Shown: piece by piece, positions 1 through 12,829 of the stretch
Layout of the letters: each line of letters begins with the position of its first letter
Numbering within the stretch: the stretch's first letter is position 1
Origin: Chiloscyllium plagiosum
Lineage: Eukaryota
Direction of reading: 5' to 3'
Length of the DNA: 52,152 bases
Assembly: GCF_004010195.1 (NCBI RefSeq)
Contig: NC_057718.1
Coordinates: forward strand, 94,248,209 to 94,300,360
The notes under the pieces: generated by a model
The model's input: only the letters and a program-made list of their open reading frames with translations
Told to the model about the DNA's origin: nothing
The model's database searches: none
Position numbers and translations under genes: made by a program

Positions 1-395
1 GTCGGAGGCTGAGGGGTGACCTTATAGAGGTTTACAAAATTATGAGGGGCATGAATAGGATGAATAGACTAAGTCTTTTCCCTGGAGTCGGGGAGTCTAG
101 AACTCGAGGGCATAGCTTTAGGTGAGAGGGGAAAGATATAAAAGAGACCTAAGGGGCAACTTTTTCACGCAGAGAGTGGTACGTGGTGGAAGATGCCAGA
201 AGATGTGGTGGAGGCTGGTACGATTGCAACATTTAAGAGACATTTGGATGGGTATATGAATAGGAAGGGTTTGGAGGGATATGGGCCGGGTGATGGTACG
301 TTGGACTAGATTGGTTTGGGATATCTGGTTGGCATGGACAGGTTGGACCAAAGGGTCTGTTTCCATGCTGTATATCTCTATGATTCTGTGATTCT
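1..395 (+). mobile_element. CR1-clade LINE (HER1-like) 3' fragment
   Basis: Encodes the ORF2 C-terminus ([16 protein letters not shown]...NFFTQRVV), then the tail GGTTGGACCAAAGGGTCTGTTTCCATGCTG and short (TATGATTC)-like repeats. Confidence 0.9.
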
Positions 396-409
396 ATTTG
401 CTTATTGAA

Positions 410-860
410 AGCCCCTTAAACACCCCTATTTTATCAGCTCCACCACCACCCTTAACAATGTATTCCAGACTCCTACCACTCTCTGTGTAAGAAAACCTGC
501 CCCTCACATCTCCTTTAAACTTTCCCCTTTCACCTTAAGTGCATGCCCTCTGGTTTTAGACATTTCAATTGTAGGAAAACGATCCTGACTGTCATCCCTA
601 TCTATGCATCTCATAATTTTATAGACTTCTATCAAATCTCCCCTCAGACTCCACCGCTTCAGAGAAACCAACCCGAGGTTTCCTCGACTCTCCATATAGC
701 TCATACCGTTTGATCCAATAAACCTCTTCTGCACCCTCTCCAAAGCCTCCACATCCTTCCTGTAATGTAGCACCCAGAATTAAATGCAATGCTCGTGTGG
801 TCAAACCAAAATTTTATAAAGCTGCAAGATGACATCCCGACTCTTGTGCTCAATTCCCCG
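410..860 (-). mobile_element. CR1 LINE 3' fragment
   Basis: ORF 504..773: YRKDVEALERVQKRF...[13 protein letters not shown]...TRGH, the CR1 ORF2 C-terminal motifs. Confidence 0.88.
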
Positions 861-977
861 ACTCTGCAACAATCAACAATCTCTTGCCAGCAGCTTTATG
901 TCATCTTGCTGTCTCCATTGAAGTGACTCTGAGGACAAATATCAGGGATCGTCATTCAGATATAAGGAAGAGAACCA

Positions 978-1497
978 CACATGGAATATTGGGCTCCATT
1001 CTTGGTCCCCTCATTATAGGAAGGGTGTGGAAGTTTTAGAGAGGGTACAGACGAGATTTACCAAGATGCTGACTGGACTGGAGGGTATGTCTAATGGAGA
1101 ATGGTTAAGGGAGCTAGGACTTTTCTCATTGGAGCGAAGAAGGTTGAGAGGTAACTTGATGGAGGTGTACAAGATGACAAGAGGCATGGATAGAGTGGAT
1201 AGCCAGAGACATTTTCCCAGGGTGGAAATGGCTATCATGAGGGGACATAATTTGAAGGTGATTGGAGAAGGTTTTGGGAGATGTCAGAGGGAGGTTCTTT
1301 ACTCAGAGAGTGGTGGATGTATGAATGCACTGCCAGCAGTGGTAGTAGAGTCTGATTCATTAGGGACATTTAAGCGACTCTTGGATATGCACATGAAGAT
1401 AGTACAATGAATGGTATGTAGGTTAGTCTAATCTTAAAGTAGGATAAAAGGTCGCCACAATTGTGCAGGGCCTGTACTGTGCTGCACCATTCTATGA
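978..1497 (+). mobile_element. CR1 LINE 3' fragment
   Basis: ORF 1027..1410: LERVQTRFTKML...[19 protein letters not shown], followed by a 3' UTR. Confidence 0.9.
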
Positions 1498-2002
1498 AGT
1501 ATGTACTCCTCATTCCTTAATTAAAAATGAATTAACTGATGAGACCAATGGGGTCTTCCTTTCCCAAAACTGAGGGATAAGTCCATCACTTAGCGGCTGA
1601 GTCTAAAACAGCCTTTAATTTGCTGTAATTGACTATTAAACATTCCATGACACTGACCATCACTACCATTTGTGATGTACCAGATTCGGACAAAAAGCAT
1701 TCGGTTCAGGACAACAACCTCTGGAATAATTCTAACATACAAAGGCAAATACATACAGATAGATCTCTTCTAACTTTTCCATATTAGAAATTCTGTAACA
1801 ACTTAATACTAACACTACACCCTACAGTTATTAACTTTTTATGGGATTCATTAGTTCTGCTAATGATCTCAGGTATGTTAATTTACAGTAGGTGCTCTTA
1901 CTGGATACAAACTTAGTATGATTGCAAGATAATATTTTGCCCGTAATTTTATTCAAAGCTTTAAATGTAAATTACCGACTCCATTTAAATTACGGACTAC
2001 CT

Positions 2003-2200
2003 GTGGGCTGCCAGAGAAAGTGGTTGAGGCAGTTACAACAGCAACATTTTAAAAACATTTGGATAGGTACATGGATGGGAAGGGTTTAGAGGGATATGGA
2101 CCAAATGAGGGCAATTGGAACTGGCTGAGTGGGCACCATGGTCAGCATGGACCAGTTTGGGCTGAAGGGACTTTTCCATGCTGTATTGCTCTACGACTCA
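2003..2200 (+). mobile_element. CR1 LINE extreme 3' end
   Basis: Matches the 3' end of 1-395 (ACATTTGGATAGGTACATGGATGGGAAGGGTTTAGAGGGATATGG...TTTCCATGCTG). Confidence 0.8.
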
Positions 2201-3094
2201 ATGACATACAAATCTTTAGGAATGGGCCAGCTAATTTTTTTCCAGCAGTTATAGCCCTCTCTATTGCTGCTCCATTGCAGACAACGCAACCGAGTTTGGA
2301 ATTTGTGAAATTGGTTGGAAATTGACAAATAGTGTTTTTGAGAAAGGAAAAGAAGGTGATTTTTCTTTGTTTAGTAGTAATCACAAAAAGAGACAGAAGC
2401 AACTGACTTTGTATTTTATTTAATTCTATAAAATGATAATGCAGGTTTAGTTTCCCTCATGTTTCATTTCTCTCCATCTATCTGATTGTCCAGCATGAGG
2501 ATATGGAAACATTGGTTGTGAAAGCCTAAGGTTTCTTCACTCAAATAACCGCTTCCCCTATAGTAGTGGGTGCAAGTAAATCATTGGCCCACAGAGGGTT
2601 GGCTAAAGTGTCCGGAAGAGAGTGCAGTCACTTTCACCATGCCCATGGGGAGGGGTGAATCTCAACACAATCCTTGCATAGTGAGAAGTGGAATCACCTC
2701 ATAAAGTCTCAGGTTGGAATAATGACCTCTGTGATTTTGGAGAGAAAAGAATCCAATGATTTTTATTGGGGTGATGGCCTCTTTAAGAACCAAGTTTTCT
2801 ATGGAAGATTTTTTTTGGGAAAGTCAACTTGTTTACAGTACTTGATCATGTGACCCAGCCACTGGGGCGTGGGGTGGGGGGGTAAACAATAGTAAACTAA
2901 AAAGGGGTAAATGATTAATTTAAGTGGTTGAGAAATCATTGATAACTGAAACACTTTGCTGCAATGAGTTGGACTTCTGAGATAGCAAAGCTGAGAAGAG
3001 AGTGGTCATAGATGCAAGATTGCAGAATTAATATACATGAGAACCAGGGGAGTTCTGATCCAAGGTGGCTAACTAAATATTCTATTTAGCCTCC

Positions 3095-3400
3095 AAATTA
3101 TGAGAAACACAGATAGGGTTGACAGTCATAACCTTTTTCCCGGAGTTCAAATATCTAATACTAGGGAGCATGCATTTGAGGTGAGGGGGGAAAGTTCAAA
3201 GGAGAAGTAAGGGCAAGTGTTTTGCACAGAGAGTGGTGGGTGTCTGGAATATGCTGCCAGAGGTGGAGGCAGATACAATAACGATTTTAAGGGGCTTTTA
3301 GAAAAGCAAGGAATGAAGCAATATGGAACAAGGGCAGGATTAGTTTAATTTGGCGTCATGTTCGACACAACGCTATTGTACTGTCCTATGTTCCAGGTCC
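3095..3400 (+). mobile_element. CR1 LINE 3' fragment, degraded
   Basis: ATTATGAGAAACACAGATAGGGTTGACAG...CACAGAGAGTGGTGGGTGTCTGGAAT, homologous to the other CR1 3' ends. Confidence 0.75.
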
Positions 3401-4314
3401 TATGTTGGACTGCAAATCTACAACTATGGGACAATTGGAGGCCATTTCAAGGGACATCCTCTCTAGAAGCAAGTGGAAAACCCAGTAAGTATGAAGTCTT
3501 ACATGAATCTTTGAAACAGCAATCAGACAAAGTGGTTAATCTTCTCGTAGCTGATGAATGACTGACTTGTGTTTTTCTGGTCAAATGAGTGTAGAAGTAA
3601 ATTTGACTGAAAAAGTTCAGCTGAGGGTGTATTCTCTGCGGTAATTCAAAACCTAGATTTTGTTTTAAATTGATGTTGTTTCTCTCACTACTTGTAAAAA
3701 TATTTTGAAATGTTTTGTAGGCAAAAGATTGCTAACATAATACATTTATCTCTCAATCACTGTCACACATAAATTTTTAATTTACATCTGGCTGTTTCTA
3801 TGGATACCCAACAATTATAATAAATTTTGTTAAGCTTATCTTTAAGTGAGCAGACTGCGCACTTAATGTACTTGAAGGGAGTGAAGTGTGAGTGAAATAC
3901 CAATGACACAATGTTCTCAATATTATATTCAAGACGTTTAAATTTTTAAAAATATGCCGTCGCAATTTATCCAGTCTGTCTGAGATGTCTATGTGTTGGC
4001 TCCTTTAATTTATTGTCGGGCTAACAAAATAATTCAGATGATAAGAGGATAATGTATTGGGACACAGAATATTTGTGTTTTACTTTAATGCCAACAGTGA
4101 ATTGCTGATTGAATTGAAAATGCAGTGGTGGCTTCAAATTTAATTTGCCTTCCAGTGACACAGTCACCTATTAGGAATCTACGTTTTTGCCATCCTTTCA
4201 TCTGCCAGAAGTGATGGGAATGCAGCCTCAGAATTCTGGTCAGATCAGAAGAGGTCATTTGCTGCACTTCTGTCAATAGATGGAACAAGCTGAAACCTTT
4301 TTGAATATTTAATT

Positions 4315-6020
4315 ATGGGATGTGGGTGCTTTCCCATCATTGCCTTTGAAAAGGCAGTGGGTACCTATCTTCTTGAACTGCTGCTGCAGTCTACATAACG
4401 CGGTTACTCCCACAGTTCAGGGTGTTTCAGAATTTGACCCAGTGACAGTGAAGGAACAGCGACGTATGTCACAAAATTGTCACCGCACAGAAGAAGGCTA
4501 ATTGGTCCATTGTGCCTGCACTGGTTCTATAAGCTAGTGCCAATGTCCTGCCTTTTTCCCATATTGCTGCACACGATCTATATCCAAATGACAATCCAAT
4601 CCCTCTTGAATGCCTTCATTGAACCTGTCTACACCATATTTGCAAGCAGGTGCATTCCATCCAAGTCAGAATGGAGTATGGCTCAGAGGGGAACTTGCAG
4701 ATGGTGGTGTTCCCACACACCTGCAGTCCTTATCCCTCTAGGAGGCAGATGTTGATGCGTTTGGAAGATGTGGTCAAAAGAGCCTTGTACAGTGCACCCT
4801 GTAGATGGTACACTCTGCTGCCACTCTGCATCGGCGGTGAAAGGACTATATGTTGAAGACATAGGTTAAGGTGTAGATCAAGTGGATTACTTTGTGCTGG
4901 ATATTGTTAAGCTTCTTGATTGCTCTTAGAGCCAGACCTATCCAAGTAAAGGTATTCCATCACACTGCTGACTCGCACATTGCAGATGATAGTCAGGTTT
5001 GAGGGAGTCAGGAGGTGAGCAACTCACTGCACAATTACCAATCACTGACATACTCTTGAAGCCATGATATTCATATGGCTGGCTCAGTTCAGTTTCTGAT
5101 CAATAACCCCCAAGACACTAATAATCGGAGATTTAGCAATGAAAATGCCATAGGAAGATGGTGAGACTTTCTCTTGTTTGAGGTCATAGAGTCATAGAGA
5201 TGTACAGCATGGAAACAGACCTTAAGGTACAACTCATCTTTGCCAACCAGATATCCCAACTGCCAGCCCCCAGCCCATATCCCTCCAAACACGTCCTTTT
5301 CATATATCCACCCAGATGCCTTTTAAATGTTGCAATTGTACTAGCCTCCATCACTTCCTCTGGCAGCTCAGTCCATACACGCACCACCCTCTGATTGAAA
5401 AAGTTGCTCCTTAGGTCTCTATTATATCTTTCCCGTCTCACCCTAAACCTATGCCTATTTGGCACTTGTGTGGAATAAATGCCACTTGCCAATTATTAGT
5501 CCAGGCCTGAATGATACCCAGTTCCTTCTGCACATGGGCCCAGCCTTCTCCTGGACCTGAATAGTCACAAATGCCATAGATTAAGATGTTGAGGATGGTT
5601 GGTCTTCGGACACTACCCGAAGGAATTCCAACAAGAATGTCTGGCTCTGGGATAATTGGCTTCCGACAAACACAAGCAAGTTTCTTTGTCTCAGTATGAC
5701 TCCAACCAATGGAGAATGTTTCACTTCTGTTCCTGCTTGTACCAAGGCTGTAATGAGGTCAGAAGCAGAGTGGTCCCAGAAGAATCCAATCCAGTGACCA
5801 GGTTATAGCACAGCAAGTTTCTCATGATAGCACTGTTGATGAATCTCCTGTCACTTTGCTGATGATTGAGAGTAGACTAACAGGGTTTGGTTCTCCTGAG
5901 TTGGATTTGTCCTGTGTTTTGTGGACAGGACATACCTGGGCAATTTTTCATATTGCCAGGTGGATGCCATTGTTGTGGCTGCAGTGCAATAGCTTGGCTA
6001 GGAATGTCACATATTCTGGA
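4315..6020 (-). mobile_element. Degraded second-family (CR1/L2-group) LINE, interrupted by younger CR1 pieces at ~4470-4650 and ~5182-5452
   Basis: Co-linear similarity to 48040-49225 (e.g. GGAGTCAGGAGGTGAG, ACCAAGGCTGTAATGAGGTCAG). ORF 5877..6140 ends in WHPPGNMKNCPGMSCPQ, a frameshifted RT-proximal remnant. Confidence 0.65.
5182..5452 (-). mobile_element. CR1 LINE 3' end nested in the older LINE
   Basis: ORF 5184..5492: HRFRVRRERYNRDLRSNFFNQRVVRVWTELPEEV. Confidence 0.85.
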
Positions 6021-7126
6021 AGACAAGTCTTCAGTCCAGTTGGCAGAACCCAGACTATCCTGTACAGAGTGTTCCTGGGAACGCAGCCGTTTCCCATCCT
6101 CTACACCCACCATATATAAAACCCATATTTGTCTCCTCAAAATGCTTCACAAATGTCAGATTCTCCCTCCTCAGGGTTTTCAATTGACAAAAATAATCAC
6201 CCTTGGCAGTAATGTGAAACCAAAAGGTCAATCTCCTCCCTCTCCCTACTCTCCATATTGTTATTTCTAGGAATTTTACTGTCTTTATCAAAGTTTTACA
6301 CATTCCTGATCTGTCGTGTTAAATACTTGGGAACCTAATTTCCATCAAACCTCCACTATCTAGCTCCAACTGATATATTTTCCGTATCATCTCACCATGT
6401 CTACTTAGAGATAGAGTTTTGATCTTTGAAGAAAAACAATATAGTTCATGCAAGGCTACTTCTTTATCAGAATGATCCAAGCAAAGTGAGGCATCCTCAA
6501 AAATCAAACCCCATCCACTCCAACGTTTTAAAATGAATTTTCAGCTCCTTATTGGCTTGTGTTGTGTTTACTTACGCACTCTCACACCGGGTCTGGGAAA
6601 ATGGATAGTGGCTCTATTTATCCAAAGGTCTGCTACTAGACTGCTCAGCAGGCAGACTTGATGCAGAAGCTCAGCAACGATCACTGCAGGACACTATGGA
6701 AACAGTCCTGCACGCTGGACTGAGGATGTGTGGCTGTTTTGCCACACAGTCTGCATCCTGGTTACTTGCCCATTCAAATGTCACCTCAAAAAGAGATAGT
6801 ACAACACAATTAACAAAAATCTGCTTATAAAATGGGGAAGGAATTAGTTAGAAGTTCCATCTACCATTCTGAACGGTTTCTTTGAGAAGCACCACAACTA
6901 CCCTCTATACCTTTCACTCTGTTAGACTAGTTCCAGCCCACATAGACGTTCTGTCGAGGTGGTTCACAAAAGCAAAGGGCAATTATTGCATTGATACATC
7001 ACCTCACTTATCTTAATTCGAGATCAAATGCATTTCTACATATTTTAGTCCACATTTCAAGTTCTCTTCTCTATCAGTAAATCTGTAAAGGCCATCAGCA
7101 GCCTGTTATCATGGCTGAGAGGGACG

Positions 7127-7447
7127 ATCATAGAATCCCTACAATTTGGAATCAGTCCTTTCAACCCATCAAGTCCACACCGAAACTCCAAACAGCACCT
7201 CACCCAGGTCCACCATCCCTCCAAAGAGAATCTCACCCAGTCCTTACTTTCCCCATGGCGAATCCACCTGGCCTGCACATCCCTGAGCAATTTAACATGG
7301 CCAATCCACCTGATCTGCACATCTTATGGGAGGAAATCCACATAGACACAGAGAGAACATGCAAATTCCACACAGAAGTTGCCCAGGGCAGGAATTGAAC
7401 CTGGTGTTTTGAGGAGCACTGCTCACCGCTGAACAACCGTGCTACCT
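7127..7447 (-). mobile_element. HE1-type V-SINE, diverged
   Basis: Reverse complement has a tRNA-like head (GGTAGCACGGTTGTTCAGCGG...GGTTCAATTCC), the core GTGTGGAATTTGCATGTTCTC and ATTGGCCATGTTAAATTG, and a CR1-like tail. Confidence 0.8.
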
Positions 7448-7541
7448 ATGGATGATGGATTTGTAATCCTTAGGGGTCTTCCTGCACAGATTCAACTGTG
7501 CCTAAGCAAACTATGCTCCTGCAAACTATTCCTAAGCCTTC

Positions 7542-7650
7542 ATTGGTACAGTGGTAGTGTGTCTACTGCTTAAGCCAATAGACTTAGGTTCAAGTTTTGC
7601 CTGCTCCAGTGGTATATAATAACAACGCTTCATGAGCAGGTCAGGGACAA
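7542..7650 (+). mobile_element. Short tRNA-derived SINE-like fragment
   Basis: A-box-like TGGTACAGTGG and B-box-like GGTTCAAGT at tRNA-like spacing; no full cloverleaf. Confidence 0.4.
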
Positions 7651-8176
7651 ATACCTATAAAGGCCATTAAGTAGTTGAAAGGTAGTTCAATTAGCAAATT
7701 GCATATTATAAAATATATTCCCTAACAATTAATAAACATGGTTGAGATGACAATCCCTCCCTTAATAAATTCTGGTTGAAACTCCCAAAGGCACAACTTT
7801 TCAATTAATCTTTGAAGCAGTGTTTTTCTTGTTTCTGCTGTTGCATGTTTTGAAGTTAAGCCAAATATACTTTCTCACTCAGCAAGCCAGTGGTGTGCTG
7901 TGTGGAGTTAACTTCTGACTGCCATGAGAAACTGTGTAATATTTACAAGCAAAGTTTGGAAAGGAGACATCTGGGAAGTGAAACAATGTTATTGTACAGC
8001 AAAGCCAAATGCAAAAATACTTGGGAATAAATACAGCATTGTTAGCTTAATAAATAGGAATTCAAAACATTATCTTCCACAATATTATTCTGATGATTCT
8101 ATCAGCAAAGCAAAGAACATAAATTCAATAACATTAACATCATCTGTCTAATAAAAAGTGGAAAAACAATTATTTG

Positions 8177-9352
8177 AAATAGAACATAGAACAATACAGC
8201 ACAGAACAGGCCCTTCGGCCCACGATGTTGTGCCGAACATTTGTCCGAGCTTAAGCACCCATCCATGTACCTATCCAATTGCCACTTAAAGTTCGTCAAT
8301 GATTCTGACTCTGCCACTCCCACAGGCAGCACTTTCCATGCCCCCACCACTCTCTGGGTAAAGAACCTACCCCTGACATCTCCCCTATACCTTCCACCCT
8401 TCACCTTAAATTTATGTCCCCTTGTAACACTCTGTTGTACCCGGGGAAAAAGTTTCTGACTGTCTACTCTACCTATTCCTCTGATCATCTTATAAAGCTC
8501 TATCAAGTCNNNNNNNNNNNNNNNNNNNNNNNNNNNNNNNNNNNNNNNNNNNNNNNNNNNNNNNNNNNNNNNNNNNNNNNNNNNNNNNNNNNNNNNNNNN
8601 NNNNNNNNNNNNNNNNNNNNNNNNNNNNNNNNNNNNNNNNNNNNNNNNNNNNNNNNNNNNNNNNNNNNNNNNNNNNNNNNNNNNNNNNNNNNNNNNNNNN
8701 NNNNNNNNNNNNNNNNNNNNNNNNNNNNNNNNNNNNNNNNNNNNNNNNNNNNNNNNNNNNNNNNNNNNNNNNNNNNNNNNNNNCCTCTGTTCCTCCACCT
8801 TACTAAGAACCCTACCGTTAACCCTGTATTCTGCATTCTTATTTGTCTTTCCAAAATGGACAACTTCACACTTGGCAGGGTTGAACTCCATCTGCAACTC
8901 CTCAGCCAAGCTGTGCATCATATCTAAGTCCATTTGCAGCCGATATCTGCCCTCCTCGCTATCCACAACTCCACCAATCTTCGTATCTTCTGCAAATTTA
9001 CTGACCCACCCTTCGGCTCCCTCATCCAAGTCATTAATAAAAATTACGAACAGCAGAGGACCCAGAATTGATCCTGCGGAACTCCACTTGTAACTGGGCT
9101 CCAGGCTGAATATTTACCATCTACCACCACTCTCTGACTTCGACCGGTTAGCCAGTTTTCTATCCAACTGGCCACATTTCCCACTATCCCATGCCGCCTG
9201 ACTTTCCGCATAAGCCTACCATGGGGAACCTTATCAAATGCCTTACTAAAATCCATGTATACTACATCCACTGCTTTACCCTCATCCACATGCTTGGTCA
9301 CCTCCTCAAAGAATTCAATAAGACTTGTAAGGCAAGACCTACCCTTCACAAA
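8177..9352 (-). mobile_element. CR1 LINE ORF2 (RT) to 3' end, spanning an assembly gap
   Basis: FVKGRSCLTSLIEFF, VDVVYMDFSKAFDKVPHGRL, SGVPQ, KFAEDTKIGG and MEFNPAKCEVVHFG motifs; (TTCTATG)n tail at ~8177-8195. Confidence 0.95.
8510..8783. other. Assembly gap (274 N)
   Basis: Run of N. Confidence 1.
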
Positions 9353-9441
9353 TCTTGGGAGGAGTCCTGTAGGGGTCTGAGTGATATGGTCTGTAGTGAG
9401 AGTTATAGAAAACTCAGATGAGAAGTCCAGCGAGACCCATA

Positions 9442-9985
9442 AAGTCATAGAGATATGGAGACCTACAGTGCAGAGAAAGCCCATCAGCTCATCAAGTCTG
9501 TACCAGTCAAAAATGGCCACCTAACTATTCTAATCCCATTTTCCAACACATGGCCCCATGGCCTTGTATGCCTTGGCATCACAAGTGCAGATCTAAATAA
9601 GGGTTTCTCCCTCCACCCCCCTTACATGTAGATAGTTCCAGATTCCCACCAGATCTGAGTGAAAAGGTTTTTCCTCACATTCCTTTTAACCTCCTGCCCC
9701 TTATCTTAAATTTACACACACCCCCAGCCCAGTGATTATCCCTGTATGGAGGGGAAAGTCTTCTTCCTGTTTACCCTATCTATGTCCCTCATAATTTTAT
9801 ACATTTCAATTGTGTCCTGTCTCAAGCTCCTCTATACTGAGGAAACCAACCCCAGTCTGTCCAATCTTCCTTCATTCCGGAAACTCTCCAGCCCAGGCAA
9901 CGCCCTGGTTAATCTCCTCTGCATCCTCTCCAGTGCAATCACATCCCTCCTATAATGTAGTTTCCAGATACTGGCTGTGGCCTAA
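9442..9985 (-). mobile_element. CR1 LINE 3' fragment
   Basis: Reverse complement is homologous to the CR1 ORF2 C-terminus and 3' UTR (TGTATAAAATTATGAGGGACATAGATAGGGTAAACAGG). Confidence 0.8.
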
Positions 9986-10624
9986 TGGATGTTTTCTTTT
10001 TTACACTTCCATCATAATCTCCCTGTTCTTATCTTTATACCTCTATCTCCATCCCAATGTCCACTGGGAGCATCTTTCATGACTTTTTTACAAGCGGTGT
10101 GCTGAGTTTCTCACAAGGTGGGGGTGAGTTGGCAATCAAGTAGGATTATTGCTTGTTCAATGCCTTCTTGATGTCTCAAAACATCTCATTAATACTCAGC
10201 CCTCTAGCTTACCAAACTCACCTCAAAGCAAACTGTCGAGAAAATCCAAGCTGGTGAATCAGCTCATTGCTTAATGAGAGTGACCTCCATGTTAAAGACC
10301 GGATGCCAACATCCTAGGGCATGCTCAATGGGCACTAGCCAAATGCACACTTTAGATCAAAGGCATCCAATGTCTACCAACCTCTAAGTAGTCCTATGAC
10401 ACTTCTCTGATCCACTTATTCCTGCACCTCAATGCTTCCCTTTAAGCTGCACTGATAACTCTCATTGTAATGACAAAGCAAGGATACTGAATTATCCACA
10501 TCCAGCACATGGACTAGACCAGGGCCCTTCACATTCAGATTCAGAATCTATCTGGAGACTCACAGCATCCCTGTCTTGCATTGACTTGACTTGCCTTTTT
10601 CTACTTTGCCCAGAGATTCCATGT

Positions 10625-10972
10625 GGGCAGCGTGGTAGCTCAGTAGTCAGCACTGCTGCCTCACAGCACCAGGGACCTAGTTTTAACTCCATCCTTGGGT
10701 GATTGTTTGTGTGGAGTTTGCACACTCTCCCCATGTCTGCATGGGTTTCTGCTCGGTACTCCCTTTTCCTCCCAAGTCCAAAGATGTACAAGTCAGTTGG
10801 ATTGGCCATGCTAAACAGCTCATAGTGACCAGGGATGTGTAGGCTAGTCAAGGGAAATACAGGGTTATAGGAATAGAGTAGGGGGATGGGTCTGGGTGGG
10901 ATGATCTGCAAAGGGTCGATGTCGATTTGTTGGGCTGAATGGCCTGTTTCCACATTGCAAGGATTCTATTCT
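10625..10972 (+). mobile_element. HE1-type V-SINE
   Basis: GGGCAGCGTGGTAGCTCAGTAGTCAGCACTGCTGCCTCACAGCACCAGGGACC head; core GTGTGGAGTTTGCACACTCTCCCC; tail TGGGCTGAATGGCCTGTTTCCAC. Confidence 0.9.
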
Positions 10973-11000
10973 GCTGTTCTCTTCCAGGCTCATATTAGTT

Positions 11001-11382
11001 CAGGTGGTTAGCTTGTCTCTTATTAGAGATGGTCGTTATGAAGCATTTTCATGGCACAACCTTTACTTGCTACTTGTCAGCCATAGTCAAAAATGAGGAC
11101 TGCAGATGCTGAACATTAGAGTCGAGAGTGCAGTGCTGGAAAAGCACAGCAGGTCAATCAGCATCTGAGGAGCAGGAGAATCGATGTTTCGGCAGGTGGT
11201 TAGCTTGTCTCTTATTAGAGATGGTCGTTATGAAGCATTTTCATGGCACAACCTTTACTTGCTACTTGTCAGCCAGTCAAAAATGAGGACTGCAGATGCT
11301 GAACATTAGAGTCGAGAGTGCAGTGCTGGAAAAGTACAGCAGGTCAATCAGCATCTGAGGAGCAGGAGAATCGATGTTTCGG
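11001..11382. repeat. Near-identical ~191-bp tandem duplication
   Basis: 11001-11192 repeats at 11193-~11382; I see one 2-bp indel and one substitution. Confidence 0.95.
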
Positions 11383-11405
11383 GCAAAAGCCCTTCATCAG
11401 GAATG
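11279..11405 (-). mobile_element. Penelope-like terminal fragment with minimal hammerhead motif (truncated copy at 11089-11192)
   Basis: Minus strand reads CTGATGA A GGGC TTTT GCCC GAAA CATC GA, i.e. a hammerhead core with stem II. Family assignment comes from the known PLE-hammerhead association. Confidence 0.6.
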
Positions 11406-11710
11406 AGGCCTGAGCCTGGACATTGTCCAGATCTTGTTGCATTTGAACATGAACTGCTTCAGTAGCTGAGGAGTTACAAAGGATGCTGGACATTGTACAA
11501 TCATCAGTGAACATCCTCACCTCTGGCCTTACAATGGAGGGAAGGCTATTGGTGAAGCAGCTGAAGATGGTTGGGCCAAGGACACTACTCTGAGGAATTC
11601 CTGCAGAGATGTCCTGGAGCTGACATGACTGACCTCCAACAACCACGACCATCGTTTTATGTTCCAGGTATGACTCCAGCCAGCGGTGACTTTGCCTCTG
11701 CTACCCATTG
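11406..11710 (-). mobile_element. Second-family LINE RT fragment (continues at ~11020-11085 across the insertion)
   Basis: ORF 11344..11652: VVVGGQS...AGIPQSSVLGPTIFSCF...MFTDD...MQQDLDNVQ. Confidence 0.88.
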
Positions 11711-12829
11711 ATTCTCAATATTCTGTAAATTTCAATGAGATGTGCCATCATTTTTCTAAACTCCATTGAGTACAGACTTAGAGTCCTCTTTAGATGACAA
11801 GTCCTTCATCCCCTTGTAAATTTCCTATAGACTTTTATTAAATACTAATTCCAAAGCTGCTCACATGGTCTGGTGTTGCCCGGAATGAGACTGTAGCAGC
11901 AAAGAAGGAAAAGTTATCTTTTTAATTTATCTTTCTTTATTTTTTCTTTTACTTTAAGTTAATGAGAATGGAGCCTGTGTATGGCAACAGTAAAAACTTT
12001 TCACTGTACTTTATATTGAATACACGTGATAAGAAATGAAGTCTGACCAGAAAATAAATTAAGGATATTTTACTACAGTGATGGCAAACTGTTGTTGTAA
12101 TGTTTTCGTTAAAGGAATGTGGAACACACATAGAAATGCACCAACTGTTGTGAGTTTAAACTTAGCTAAATTTGAATGCTGTTTGAGTTAGAACCTGCTT
12201 CACACCCTCAGCTGTTTATCTGTTTTCCTCTGCAGTGCAACTAGCTTGCTTAGACACTGAGGTCACTCCAGCAGAGCATAAAATGTGGTGACAATGCTAA
12301 CACGGGCAGTATCCTTCCAGTCAGTGCCTCACATAATGCTCCTGGATGATCTGAGCAACATAGCCTGATAAATAATCAGTATGTTCTTGTGTTTCTTTTA
12401 ACACACAAATGTCAGCACTTAATGGCAACAGAACAACTTATTTGGAGTTAAATTTGGCAGAATGTTAACTGTAACGTTGTAGAGAGTTTAATTTGTATAC
12501 ATATAATTTTCTGCCAGGTAATGTCCAAGTTTTGCAAATAGCTTGAGCATTTTAATTACATAATATTCTTGTTTCTTTCACAAACTGTGTTTTTATCTGA
12601 ATGCAATGCAACACAAATGGGAGCAGACAGTGGTTTTCAATTGGAGTTTCGTTATTGATATATGAAAACCATGTCTTGTCCGGGTACGTTTGCTGATATA
12701 TTCAGCATTATTTTCTACTCTGTGATTGAGACGTGTGAGGTATTTCTGGTTGCATCACAGTGAGCACTGTTACTTCTTTCTGAAAAGCGCATTGTACTTG
12801 CCTCTTGAATGAAATCAAATGCACCATGA

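Noticed and set aside
8102..9029. ORFs spanning N runs (also 15928-16503)
   Set aside because: Their length is an artefact of the assembly gaps.
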